A stretch of 13,719 nt of DNA, from assembly GCA_913020725.1 (NCBI GenBank), contig CAJWCD010000104.1:1-13719 (forward strand), written 5' to 3'. Each line of letters begins with the position of its first letter. The stretch's first letter is position 1. This DNA is from an uncultured Pseudomonadota bacterium (GTDB lineage Bacteria > SAR324 > NAC60-12). The position numbers and the translations under genes are program-made. Below, in pieces: positions 1-8,564 of the stretch. Below the pieces are notes generated by a model that saw nothing but the letters and a program-made list of their open reading frames with translations, searched no databases and was not told where the DNA came from.

Positions 1-2
1 TG

Positions 3-53
3 CACAAGCTCAGGAGCGACTTCCCCATCGAGGCATGGCTCAAGGCGGCATGA
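3..53 (+). CDS. Possible 3' end of a CDS entering from the left edge (..HKLRSDFPIEAWLKAA*), product unknown, possibly a transposase
   Basis: Open frame from 3 to TGA at 51-53 with GC-rich third positions (cac aag ctc agg agc gac ttc ccc atc gag ...). Only 16 codons are visible, so it cannot be identified. Confidence 0.4.
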   Translation, partial: HKLRSDFPIEAWLKAA

Positions 54-169
54 ACTCCGAAACCGAAACGGAAAAACTCCGCGCCGACTCACGCACTTAT
101 TTGCGATAAGGGCTATTGGGTTTCCTGAAGCAGGTAAAATGGTTTGGAGAATTAGGCGGTGGCGGACAC

Positions 170-198
170 ACTCCAACTGGAATGAACCCATTTGGAGT
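170..198. terminator. Imperfect hairpin, possible terminator downstream of the yyaL-like gene
   Basis: ACTCCAA (170-176) pairs with TTGGAGT (192-198), plus inner TGG/CCA. It lies 27 bp past the stop at 226. No clear U-tract on the minus strand. Confidence 0.3.
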
Positions 199-225
199 AG
201 GGTTTTACAGCAATTCTAAACAAAC

Positions 226-2310
226 TCAAGCACGGCTTTGCAACTGTGTTCGTAACTCGTCCGGCGTGTGGACCGGCAGTTGGCAGGCGAAGTTTTGGCA
301 GACGTAGGCGGTGGCGTGTCCATTGAGGGCGGTGCGGCCTTGAGCAAGTGGAATCACAGAAGCAACGGAGGCGTCCTCACCAACCGGGACGAAAGCGGTG
401 ACGGTGTTCGGATGGAACTCGCGCCGCACAACGGAGAGCAGACTTTCGGTTTCCGGCTCTCCGCGAGTGCCCGCGATCACGATCTCCCGGATTCCGGAGC
501 GGTGTGCGTGGAGAGCTTGTAGCATCGCGGCAAAGCTGGGTCCGGCCTGTTGGAGATGTCCGCTGAACCCGGAGAGGATGCGTAGCCCGCTTTCTAGAAA
601 CTCCGCATTTCCGGTGCAGGCATGGAGCCGCAGGAACGCTTGCGCGGCAGAGCTATTCCCGGAAGGTTCCACACCATCGTAACCTTCCGCACTGCGCATC
701 AGCAACCGTTCGGCATCCTCGCCTGTGTCAAAGTACGCCCCCTCGTCATTCCGGAACAACCGATCCACTTCCTCCATCAACTCCTGCGCCTTGCGGAACC
801 ACCCCACATGGTAGGTCGCTTCGTAGAGATCAAGGCAGGCGACGGCAAGCTGGGCGTGATCCACGAGATACGCTGGAAAGCGGGATTCGCCCTCGCGCCA
901 ACGCCGCAAGAGCCGTCCGGAGTCCTCCCGCAAATGCTGAAACACGAACTCGGCGGCAGCAACCGCCAGCGCCTCGTAGTGTGGCTCGTCCAGAATCCGG
1001 GAAGCGCGGGCAAAGGCGGAGATCATCAGCGCGTTCCACGAGGTCAGCACCTTGTCGTCACAAAGCGGACGGATGCGGTGGCTCCGGGCTTCCAGCAGCT
1101 TTTGCCGCGCCTCGGCCAAGTTCTGGTTCAACTCATCGACTGAAATGCCAAGTTGTTCGGCAACTTCGGTTTCACTTTTGGGGCGATTTGGAATGCTGCT
1201 ACCCTCGAAATTTCCGGAATCGCTGATGTCCCAAAATGCACAGGCTCGTTCCGCGAGTTCCGGCCTCAAAATCTCGCGCACCTCGCTTGGTGTCCAGACG
1301 TAGAACTTGCCCTCCACGCCCTCGCTGTCCGCATCCTCTGCCGAAAAAAACGCACCTTCGGGCGAACGCATGTCCCGCTCAATGTAGGCCAGCACGTCCC
1401 GCGCACCAGCGGCGTAAACGTCCTTGCCCGTCACCTGATGCGCCTCCAGCAAGGCCCACACGAACAGCGCGTTGTCGTAGAGCATCTTCTCGAAGTGCGG
1501 CACCAGCCATTCGTAGTCGGTGCTGTAGCGGCTCAAACCGCCGCCAATCTGATCGTAGATGCCGCCCGCCAGCATCTTCTGGAGCGTGTGTTCCGCCATC
1601 TCCAGCGACTCCGGATTGTCGGTGCGGACATGGTGCCGCAGCAGCAGTTGCAGCCCCATGCTGGGCGGAAACTTGTTCTGCGGCTGAAGCTGAAAACCGC
1701 CGTGGTCCGGATCGTAGCTTTTGCGGTAGTATTCAGCCGTGACCTCTTCCGCTTCCCAGCCGGGCAGGGAAGCTCCCGAGCCTTGCGGCTCAGCGTTGTG
1801 CTGGAGGTGCCCCAGCAGATCCCCGGCCACCTGTTCGAGCTTGCCGCGATCCCCACGCCAGAGTTGCACAAGCTTTTCCAGCACCGTCCGGAACGAGGGG
1901 CGTCCGTAGAGTTCGCGGGGCGGGAAGTAGGTGCCGCCCGTGATGGGCCGCCCGTCCGGAAGCACAAACATGTTGAGCGGCCAACCACCCTGCTGGCCAA
2001 GCCCGTGCAGCGCATCCATGTGTAGCTTGTCCACGTCCGGGCGTTCCTCGCGGTCCACCTTGATCGGCACAAAGTGCGCGTTCAGGAACGCGGCCAGTTC
2101 CGGATCCTCGAAGGATTCCCGCTCCATGACATGGCACCAGTGGCAGGTCGCGTAGCCGATGCTCACCAGCACCAACTTGTCCTCCACTTTTGCCTGGGTA
2201 AACGCCTCCGGACCCCACGGCTGCCAGTCCACCGGATTGTGGGCGTGCTGGAGCAGGTAGGGGCTTTTCTCGTGGATCAGGCGGTTGCTGAACTCAGGTG
2301 AGCTGGACAT
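226..2310 (-). CDS. Thioredoxin domain-containing protein, YyaL/SPATA20 (DUF255) family with C-terminal six-hairpin glycosidase-like domain
   Basis: Family signatures [77 protein letters not shown] and [13 protein letters not shown] chose the ATG at 2310 (MSSSPEF) because the track start at 2370 overlaps leuB. Confidence 0.93.
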   Translation of the reverse strand: MSSSPEFSNRLIHEKSPYLLQHAHNPVDWQPWGPEAFTQAKVEDKLVLVSIGYATCHWCHVMERESFEDPELAAFLNAHFVPIKVDREERPDVDKLHMDALHGLGQQGGWPLNMFVLPDGRPITGGTYFPPRELYGRPSFRTVLEKLVQLWRGDRGKLEQVAGDLLGHLQHNAEPQGSGASLPGWEAEEVTAEYYRKSYDPDHGGFQLQPQNKFPPSMGLQLLLRHHVRTDNPESLEMAEHTLQKMLAGGIYDQIGGGLSRYSTDYEWLVPHFEKMLYDNALFVWALLEAHQVTGKDVYAAGARDVLAYIERDMRSPEGAFFSAEDADSEGVEGKFYVWTPSEVREILRPELAERACAFWDISDSGNFEGSSIPNRPKSETEVAEQLGISVDELNQNLAEARQKLLEARSHRIRPLCDDKVLTSWNALMISAFARASRILDEPHYEALAVAAAEFVFQHLREDSGRLLRRWREGESRFPAYLVDHAQLAVACLDLYEATYHVGWFRKAQELMEEVDRLFRNDEGAYFDTGEDAERLLMRSAEGYDGVEPSGNSSAAQAFLRLHACTGNAEFLESGLRILSGFSGHLQQAGPSFAAMLQALHAHRSGIREIVIAGTRGEPETESLLSVVRREFHPNTVTAFVPVGEDASVASVIPLAQGRTALNGHATAYVCQNFACQLPVHTPDELRTQLQSRA

Positions 2311-2321
2311 GGAGCGTTGTC

Positions 2322-3401
2322 TCAGAGCGATTCCAGTGCCTTGAGGACGAGGTCCCCCATCTGCTGGCAACCGACGAGCGTTTTGCCTGCGGACATGATG
2401 TCGCCCGTGCGGTGCGTTTCGATGGTCTGCACGACTGCCTGCTGGATCAACTCATCCGCTTCGGTGAGGTCGAAGGAGTAGCGGAACATCATGCCGACGG
2501 AGAGGATGGTGGCGAGCGGGTTCGCCTTGTCCTGTCCGGCGATGTCCGGGGCACTACCGTGGACCGGTTCGTAGAGGCCGATGCTACCGCCCACGCTGGC
2601 GGAGGGCAACATGCCGATGGAACCGGTCAGCATCGCCGCCGCGTCGCTGAGGATGTCCCCGAACATGTTGGTCGTGACCACCGTGTCGAATTGCTTGGGG
2701 TCGCGGATGAGTTGCATGGCGGCATTATCAACGTACATGTGGTTCAACTCCACGTCCGGATAGTCCTTGGACATGTCCACCACCACATCCCGCCACAGTT
2801 CCGTGGTTTCCAGCACGTTGGCCTTGTCCACCGAGGTGAGGCGATTACCGCGTTTTTGTGCCGTTTCAAAGCCGACCTTGGCAATACGCCGGATTTCGGA
2901 CTCGGAGTACACCAGCGTGTTGCGTCCGATGCGCTCGCCGTTTTCGGTGGTGACCCCACGCGGCTGACCAAAATAGATGCCACCCGTGAGTTCACGGATG
3001 ACCATGATGTCCGTGCCTTCCACCACCTCGCGCTTGAGCGTGGAAGCGTCCACGAGATCCCCGTAGATGACTGCCGGGCGCAGGTTTGCGTAAAGCTGGA
3101 GTTCCGAGCGCAGCTTGAGCAGTCCGCGCTCCGGACGCACCGAAAAATCCAGCGGCTCCCACTTGGGACCGCCCACCGCCCCTAGCAGAATCGCATCGGC
3201 AGCCTTGCAGGCGGCTAGGGTTTCGTCCGGAAGCGGAGTCCCGGCAAGATCGTAGGCGGTGCCGCCCACGGGGTGTTCGCTCAACTCCAGTTGCAGGCCA
3301 AAGCGCGAGGCGACGGCCTGCATCACCTGCACGGCCTGTTCGGAAACGTCCGGACCAATTCCGTCTCCGGGGGTCACTGCAATCTTCTTTGTACTACTCA
3401 T
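2322..3401 (-). CDS. leuB: 3-isopropylmalate dehydrogenase
   Basis: [65 protein letters not shown] and NPLATILS motifs; 359 aa. Confidence 0.97.
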   Translation of the reverse strand: MSSTKKIAVTPGDGIGPDVSEQAVQVMQAVASRFGLQLELSEHPVGGTAYDLAGTPLPDETLAACKAADAILLGAVGGPKWEPLDFSVRPERGLLKLRSELQLYANLRPAVIYGDLVDASTLKREVVEGTDIMVIRELTGGIYFGQPRGVTTENGERIGRNTLVYSESEIRRIAKVGFETAQKRGNRLTSVDKANVLETTELWRDVVVDMSKDYPDVELNHMYVDNAAMQLIRDPKQFDTVVTTNMFGDILSDAAAMLTGSIGMLPSASVGGSIGLYEPVHGSAPDIAGQDKANPLATILSVGMMFRYSFDLTEADELIQQAVVQTIETHRTGDIMSAGKTLVGCQQMGDLVLKALESL

Positions 3402-3434
3402 GGAAATCCTGATTTGAGTTTTGGTTTAGAGGGC

Positions 3435-3464
3435 TTGTCTCCGCAAGTCTGCGGCAATTATTAT
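3435..3464 (+). promoter_or_regulatory. Putative sigma70 promoter for the glutamate synthase family gene
   Basis: TTGTCT (3435-3440), 18 bp spacer, TATTAT (3459-3464). It overlaps the opposite-strand -10 element. Confidence 0.4.
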
Positions 3465-3487
3465 AAATAATGACGAAAAGGCGTGAA
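3460..3487 (-). promoter_or_regulatory. Putative sigma70 promoter for leuB-yyaL
   Basis: On the minus strand: TTCACG (3487-3482), 16 bp spacer, perfect TATAAT (3465-3460), about 60 bp upstream of the leuB ATG in an AT-rich intergenic region. Confidence 0.55.
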
Positions 3488-3546
3488 TATTGCGATTATT
3501 GCATGTCAGACCATGTTGAAACAATTAACCTTCAAGAGAAAATAAT

Positions 3547-5118
3547 ATGCGCAATTTGTTCTGGCAGTTCACGGTGCTTGTGATCGCGGTCAACGCCATT
3601 CTTGCGGCCATCGGCTATCCGGGCGTCCTGTGGTCGCTGATCATCCTTGGTCCGATCATCCTACTAGGAATTCAAGATATCTTCCAGACCCGACATTCCA
3701 TTCTGCGGAATTTTCCGGTTCTCGGACACTTCCGATTCTTCTTTGAGGAGATCCGTCCGGAAATTCACCAGTACTTCGTGGAGTCCGACACTGACGGGGT
3801 GCCGTTCAACCGGCAGCAACGCACGGTGGTTTACCAACGGGCCAAGAACATCCGGGATACGGTGCCCTTCGGAACCGAGCGTGATGTGTACGCCGTCGGC
3901 TACGAATGGGTGAACCACTCGATCACAGCACGGCACATGGAGGCGAAGGACATTCGCATCACTGTTGCCGGTCCAGACTGCAAGCAGCCCTATTCCGCAA
4001 GCCTCCTCAACATTTCGGCAATGAGCTACGGTGCACTTAGTCAGAACGCAATCCGCTCGCTCAACCTTGGCGCCAAACTGGGCAATTTCTGCCACAACAC
4101 GGGCGAGGGGGGAATCAGTCCCTACCACCTTCAAGGCGGTGATCTCACTTGGCAGATTGGCACAGCCTATTTCGGATGTCGCACCAAGGAGGGGCAGTTC
4201 AATCCGGAAACTTTTCAGATGCGGGCGAAAACTCCAAGCGTCAAGATGATCGAGCTCAAGCTCTCGCAAGGGGCCAAACCTGGACATGGGGGCATTCTGC
4301 CCGCCGCCAAACTCACCAAGGAAATCGCGGAAATCCGGGATGTGCCGATGGGTCACGATGTGGAATCACCTCCGGGACACTCTGCGTTCTCAACGCCCAA
4401 AGGCTTGATTGAGTTTGTCGCTCAACTCCGGGAGTTGTCCGACGGCAAACCGGTCGGCTTCAAGCTCTGCATAGGCAAGCGCCGCGAATTTCTGGCGATC
4501 TGCAAAGCGATGCTCGAAACGGGCGTGACTCCGGATTTCATCACTGTGGATGGGGGTGAGGGGGGAACCGGTGCAGCACCACTGGAGTTCACCAACACGA
4601 TTGGCGCCCCGTTGATCGAATCCTTGATTCTCGTCAACAACGCGCTGGTGGGCTGCAATCTTCGGGACCGCATCCGCATCATTTGCAGTGGAAAAGTCAC
4701 CACGGGATTCGACATCATCAAACGCCTCGCACTGGGAGCCGATCTCTGCAACGCTGCTCGCGGCATGATGATGGCGGTTGGCTGCATTCAGGCGCAGAAG
4801 TGCAACACCAACGAATGCCCCGTAGGTGTGGCGACGACCAATCCCATGCTCATGAAAGGACTTGTACCTGCTGACAAGTCGCAACGGGTGTACAATTTCC
4901 ACCGCAACACCGAGCGCAGTGTCTGCGAGATGATGGGAGCGATGGGGCTTGCAAACACAGAAGACTTGCGCCCTTGGCATGTCATGCGGCGCGTCAGCGT
5001 TTCTGAAATCCGGAACTACTCTGAACTCTACGAGTTTCTGGAACCCGGAGCTCTCCTCAATAATCCGCCAGAATCCTACGCACGGGCGTGGAATGCTGCA
5101 TCGGCAGAGTCCTTCTGA
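3547..5118 (+). CDS. FMN-binding glutamate synthase family protein (stand-alone GltB FMN domain with hydrophobic N-terminus)
   Basis: NISAMSYGALS, HNTGEGG, IELKLSQGAKPGHGGILP, DFITVDGGEGGTGAAP and the Fe-S motif GCIQAQKCNTNECPVG. There is no glutamine amidotransferase domain. The first ~40 residues are hydrophobic. Confidence 0.93.
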   Translation: MRNLFWQFTVLVIAVNAILAAIGYPGVLWSLIILGPIILLGIQDIFQTRHSILRNFPVLGHFRFFFEEIRPEIHQYFVESDTDGVPFNRQQRTVVYQRAKNIRDTVPFGTERDVYAVGYEWVNHSITARHMEAKDIRITVAGPDCKQPYSASLLNISAMSYGALSQNAIRSLNLGAKLGNFCHNTGEGGISPYHLQGGDLTWQIGTAYFGCRTKEGQFNPETFQMRAKTPSVKMIELKLSQGAKPGHGGILPAAKLTKEIAEIRDVPMGHDVESPPGHSAFSTPKGLIEFVAQLRELSDGKPVGFKLCIGKRREFLAICKAMLETGVTPDFITVDGGEGGTGAAPLEFTNTIGAPLIESLILVNNALVGCNLRDRIRIICSGKVTTGFDIIKRLALGADLCNAARGMMMAVGCIQAQKCNTNECPVGVATTNPMLMKGLVPADKSQRVYNFHRNTERSVCEMMGAMGLANTEDLRPWHVMRRVSVSEIRNYSELYEFLEPGALLNNPPESYARAWNAASAESF

Positions 5119-5141
5119 TTTCTGGGAATTAAACGAGAACG

Positions 5142-5168
5142 CCCGGAGTTCCGGAAAGGAACTCCGGG
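5142..5168. terminator. Strong hairpin between convergent genes, probable bidirectional terminator
   Basis: CCCGGAGTTCC (5142-5152), GGAAA loop, GGAACTCCGGG (5158-5168): a perfect 11-bp stem between the stops at 5118 and 5181. On the minus strand it is followed by a moderately U-rich GTTCTCGTTTAATT. Confidence 0.75.
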
Positions 5169-5180
5169 GCGAGACGGGAA

Positions 5181-6272
5181 TTAGAAATCGTCTTCGATCA
5201 TTTCCAACTCCTCAGACATGTCGAGATCATCCTCAAGCAGTCCGGGGTCGGGTGCCGTAGCAATGGGATCGGAGGCCACTGCTGCCGCCATTGCGTCTGT
5301 GACAGGATCACCATCGGCATTGAAGCGTGTGAGGACGCTTTGAGCCACTGAGGAAAGGTGTACGGGGCGGGTCAGGAAGTCCGATGCTCCGGCATTGAGG
5401 CCACTGAGCCGGTGTTCCAGACTCACGGGTCCGGCGAGGCAGATCACGGGAACGCTAGGAAAGGCATCTCGGGTTTGCCGCAGCGTGTCCAGCGACTCTT
5501 CTCCAGCGTGACCCTGCCACTCCATGATCACCATGTCCACAGGATCGATTTTCATCAGCCGCCAGAGGTTTTGCTTCTTGCTGACAGCTTCAACCTCAAA
5601 CCCGGTGCGGCCCGTCAAATACTCCTTCAGCAATCCAGAGTGTTCCTGATTCTCTCCAAGGATGATCACGCTGCGGCCTTCAAAGCTTCGCGAGTCCATG
5701 CCTTCGACATTGAGTGACGGGCTCCCTCTCTGATCGTCTATATCCGGAGCAGCCCCGTTGACGCCTTCGTCATCGGGGACTTCATCCTCATCGAGCGAAA
5801 TGAACTCGTCTTCATCGGCCGCGGCGTCGAGGTCGTCCTCGGAAAGATCATCCAGCCAGTCTTCCTCGTCCTCTAGGTCCAGACTCGGCTCGGCCTGCGC
5901 GGGTTCCGGAGGAGCAGAGGTTGTTTCTGTCCCCTCTTTCTCAAAGGCATCAGGGTAGTCTTCCCCGGACACATCGATGATGTACTGCCGTAGCTGCTCT
6001 TGCTCTTCCGGAGTGATCTCGATGAACTGGACCGCCGACTGGTAGTACCACTCGATGGGCCAGCACCAGCGGACTTTTCCGGAGACTTCAAAATCCGGAC
6101 GGAAAGCGATAGTGATCCGTTCGCCGTCGGAAAGCGGGTGTTCGCAGTGAAAGCGAACCCCATTGAGGGAAACGTCCAAACCGGTGGCAACGGGGTCCGT
6201 CCATTCCTTGGTGCGAACCTCAATCGTCTCTTCGAAGAGGACTCTGAGATATTGTCGTCGCTCTGCGCCCAT
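5181..6272 (-). CDS. PilZ domain / acidic linker / atypical receiver-domain protein
   Basis: N-terminal RRQYLR (RxxxR) and DVSLNG (DxSxxG) are PilZ motifs. Residues ~200-316 follow the CheY-like pattern (SVIIL..GFEV..PVDMVIME..PVICLA..AGASDFLTRP). The linker and tail are very acidic. Confidence 0.85.
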   Translation of the reverse strand: MGAERRQYLRVLFEETIEVRTKEWTDPVATGLDVSLNGVRFHCEHPLSDGERITIAFRPDFEVSGKVRWCWPIEWYYQSAVQFIEITPEEQEQLRQYIIDVSGEDYPDAFEKEGTETTSAPPEPAQAEPSLDLEDEEDWLDDLSEDDLDAAADEDEFISLDEDEVPDDEGVNGAAPDIDDQRGSPSLNVEGMDSRSFEGRSVIILGENQEHSGLLKEYLTGRTGFEVEAVSKKQNLWRLMKIDPVDMVIMEWQGHAGEESLDTLRQTRDAFPSVPVICLAGPVSLEHRLSGLNAGASDFLTRPVHLSSVAQSVLTRFNADGDPVTDAMAAAVASDPIATAPDPGLLEDDLDMSEELEMIEDDF

Positions 6273-6280
6273 GAGAAAAC

Positions 6281-7075
6281 TCAGCGGTTAGTTGTCCGGG
6301 AAACCATCCTTGGCGTACCCGAATCCGGAGCCGGATCATCCGTTCGGTGCCGATTACAAATCCGCATTTGAGGTGTGCTCGATCCCGGAGACAAGGTCCA
6401 CACTGCCAAGGCAACACGGTTGTCCGGATTCAGCACCTCCCAATACGCTTTGACGATTCGATCGCCTTCGCCCTCCAATGGAAACCACAGAGGGAGCCTA
6501 GCAAAGCTGGGAAGCGGGTTGCCGTCCCCTTGGTAAGTGGTCAACCCGTGACCCAAACCAGAGGCAGGTGCAGGATAGCAGAAGAAGTGATGCTCTGACA
6601 ACTCTGGATTCCTGCCGCAACTCCGAATCAACGCAAGCCGGAGGGGGGATTCCAAATCTTCGGGATGCAAGCATCCCGCGATGCGGGGAGTCAGATTTGG
6701 AACGTCCGGCTCGTGGCGTTCACTATGGAGCGTCTCTTCAAAGGTCGTGCCGTTTTCCCATCCGCGCACCACTCGATCTGTGTGATCGCCGTTGCTGACC
6801 ACGGTTTTTCCCTGAAAAACCCGGAGGGCGTTGTAGATGATCAGGGTGGGGTCTTCGAGTTTGGCGGGGTCGGCGGCTTCGGTGTGAAGCCGTCCGTTGT
6901 TCTCAAGCAAAATCCGGTTGCGGCTGTTACGGCTACGCCCCATCAGCCAGTACACAATTGTCCACTCTCCAGCCGTGTTGCGCCCAAGAATTAGCCCCCG
7001 TCCCGGATAGGTGTTCTCGGCCAGATGCCGCTGGAGATTGGCAGTCGCTTCCGTGTGCAAAGCCTCAAAACTCAT
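6281..7075 (-). CDS. PurO-like IMP cyclohydrolase family protein
   Basis: YPGRGLILG, YWLMGRSRNSRNR, LIIYN, SNGDHTD, EPDVPNLTPRIAG, TYQGDGNPLPSF and LNPDNRVAL match the stand-alone IMP cyclohydrolase family as I recall it. Start placed at ATG 7075 (11-bp overlap with rng); the alternative is 7093. Confidence 0.85.
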   Translation of the reverse strand: MSFEALHTEATANLQRHLAENTYPGRGLILGRNTAGEWTIVYWLMGRSRNSRNRILLENNGRLHTEAADPAKLEDPTLIIYNALRVFQGKTVVSNGDHTDRVVRGWENGTTFEETLHSERHEPDVPNLTPRIAGCLHPEDLESPLRLALIRSCGRNPELSEHHFFCYPAPASGLGHGLTTYQGDGNPLPSFARLPLWFPLEGEGDRIVKAYWEVLNPDNRVALAVWTLSPGSSTPQMRICNRHRTDDPAPDSGTPRMVSRTTNR

Positions 7076-8537
7076 ACAACTCGAACTGCTCATGATGCAG
7101 CGAAGCCAGCGGTTTCACGACCAGTGGCTGTCCCACCAGCCGCTCGACCGCTTGCATGGATTGCTGCTCTTCCTTTTCAAGATGGCTGTAGACATCTGGA
7201 TGGACGTACACGACCATTGAACCTTGACTCCCGTATTTGCAGGTGCGCTGGATCTCCCGGAAGATCTCGTAGCTAATCGTGGAAGGCGACTTGACGCGCC
7301 CAAACCCGTCACAATACGGGCAGGGGTCACAGAGGTAGCGATTGAGGTTCTCCCGATCCCGTCGCCGCGTCATCTCCACCAACCCCATCTCGCTGATCTC
7401 GAGGATCTTGCTGCGGGCCTTGTCGGAGCGGAGTTGGTTCTTGAGGGTCTCGTACACCAATTTTCGATGCTCCGGGGACTCCATGTCAATGAAATCGATG
7501 ATGATGATGCCACCAATGTTGCGAAGTTTCAGTTGGTAAACGAGTTCCTCGATGGCTTCAAGGTTGGTGCGCACAATCGTCTTCTCATGACTCTCCTTGC
7601 CGACGAAGCGCCCGGTGTTGACGTCAATCGCTGTCAATGCCTCTGTTTGATCAATGACGAGGTGACCTCCGGAGCGTAGCCAGACTTTTTGCGCGAGGGC
7701 GCGGTCAATCTCCACCTCGATCCCATAGTAATCAAAGATTGGAGTGCGCCGGTTGTAATGCTCGACAATGGAGTTGTAGCGCGGTAGGTACGAGCGCACG
7801 AAAGAGCGGACATCCTGATACTGCTGTTTCTCGTCCACCACCAGTCGCCGCACGTCTGGAGAGAAAACGTCCCGGAGGGTGCGGAACACCACGTTGAGGT
7901 CAGAGTGCAGCAGGGCGGGCGCTTTCGTGATTTTGTAGCGTTCCTGAATGTCCTCCCAAAGCGAGACGAGGTAGTTGATGTCGGAATGAAGGTCTTCTTC
8001 GAAAGCCCCCTCAGCAACCGTCCGGATGATGAATCCTCCAGATTTGGGGCGGAGTCGTTCGACAATTCCCTTCAGCCGCACCCGTTCGTCATCTTCCAAG
8101 ATTTGGCGGGAAACCCCCAGCGTGCGGGAAGTGGGCATGTACACCAAGTGACGGCCCGGCAGCGAAATGTGGCTGGTGATGCGAGAGCCTTTTGTGCCGA
8201 TTGGTCCCTTGGAAACCTGAACGAGCACATCCTGCCCCTCTTTGAGCATAGAGGCGATGTCCTCGCGTTCCCGACGCTTGGAGTGCGTGGTTCCATCCAG
8301 CAGTTCGCTTTCGTCAATCAGATCGCCAACGTAGAAAAATGCAGCACGTTCGGCACCAATTTCGACAAACGCGGACTCCATGCCGGGTAGTACTTTGACC
8401 ACCTTGCCCTTGTAAATATTGCCTACAATGCGCTGCTCTTGGCCGCGTTCGTAGTGCAACGCAGAGAGAGTGCCGTTCTCCAGCACCGCCACACGGGTTT
8501 CGTGTGGCGCATGATTGATAACGATGTCCTTGGTCAT
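7065..8537 (-). CDS. rng: Ribonuclease G (Rne/Rng family)
   Basis: S1 domain GNIYKGKVVKVLPGMESAFV, catalytic TEALTAIDVNTG and IIIIDFIDM, and the CPYC Zn-link. At 490 aa it has no RNase E scaffold tail. Confidence 0.93.
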   Translation of the reverse strand: MTKDIVINHAPHETRVAVLENGTLSALHYERGQEQRIVGNIYKGKVVKVLPGMESAFVEIGAERAAFFYVGDLIDESELLDGTTHSKRREREDIASMLKEGQDVLVQVSKGPIGTKGSRITSHISLPGRHLVYMPTSRTLGVSRQILEDDERVRLKGIVERLRPKSGGFIIRTVAEGAFEEDLHSDINYLVSLWEDIQERYKITKAPALLHSDLNVVFRTLRDVFSPDVRRLVVDEKQQYQDVRSFVRSYLPRYNSIVEHYNRRTPIFDYYGIEVEIDRALAQKVWLRSGGHLVIDQTEALTAIDVNTGRFVGKESHEKTIVRTNLEAIEELVYQLKLRNIGGIIIIDFIDMESPEHRKLVYETLKNQLRSDKARSKILEISEMGLVEMTRRRDRENLNRYLCDPCPYCDGFGRVKSPSTISYEIFREIQRTCKYGSQGSMVVYVHPDVYSHLEKEEQQSMQAVERLVGQPLVVKPLASLHHEQFELYEF

Positions 8538-8564
8538 TCGTTTAGAAAGAGACAGTTGTGGGCG

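Noticed and set aside
116..307. 63-aa plus-strand ORF
   Set aside because: TTG start, no motif, and it overlaps the 3' end of the yyaL-like gene in antisense.
2311..2370. N-terminal extension of the yyaL-like ORF in the ORF track
   Set aside because: It overlaps the leuB 3' end, and family similarity begins just after ATG 2310.
2298..3185. Long plus-strand ORF of 295 aa, and similar ones at 1153-2025, 11984-12703, 12259-13002, 10415-10945 and 3664-4356 (-)
   Set aside because: These are antisense or alternate-frame shadows of well-conserved genes. They are expected in GC-rich coding DNA and show no recognisable motifs.
3402..3460. Possible leucine attenuator or leader peptide upstream of leuB
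   Set aside because: No Leu-codon-rich mini-ORF or terminator/antiterminator pair is visible in the short leader.
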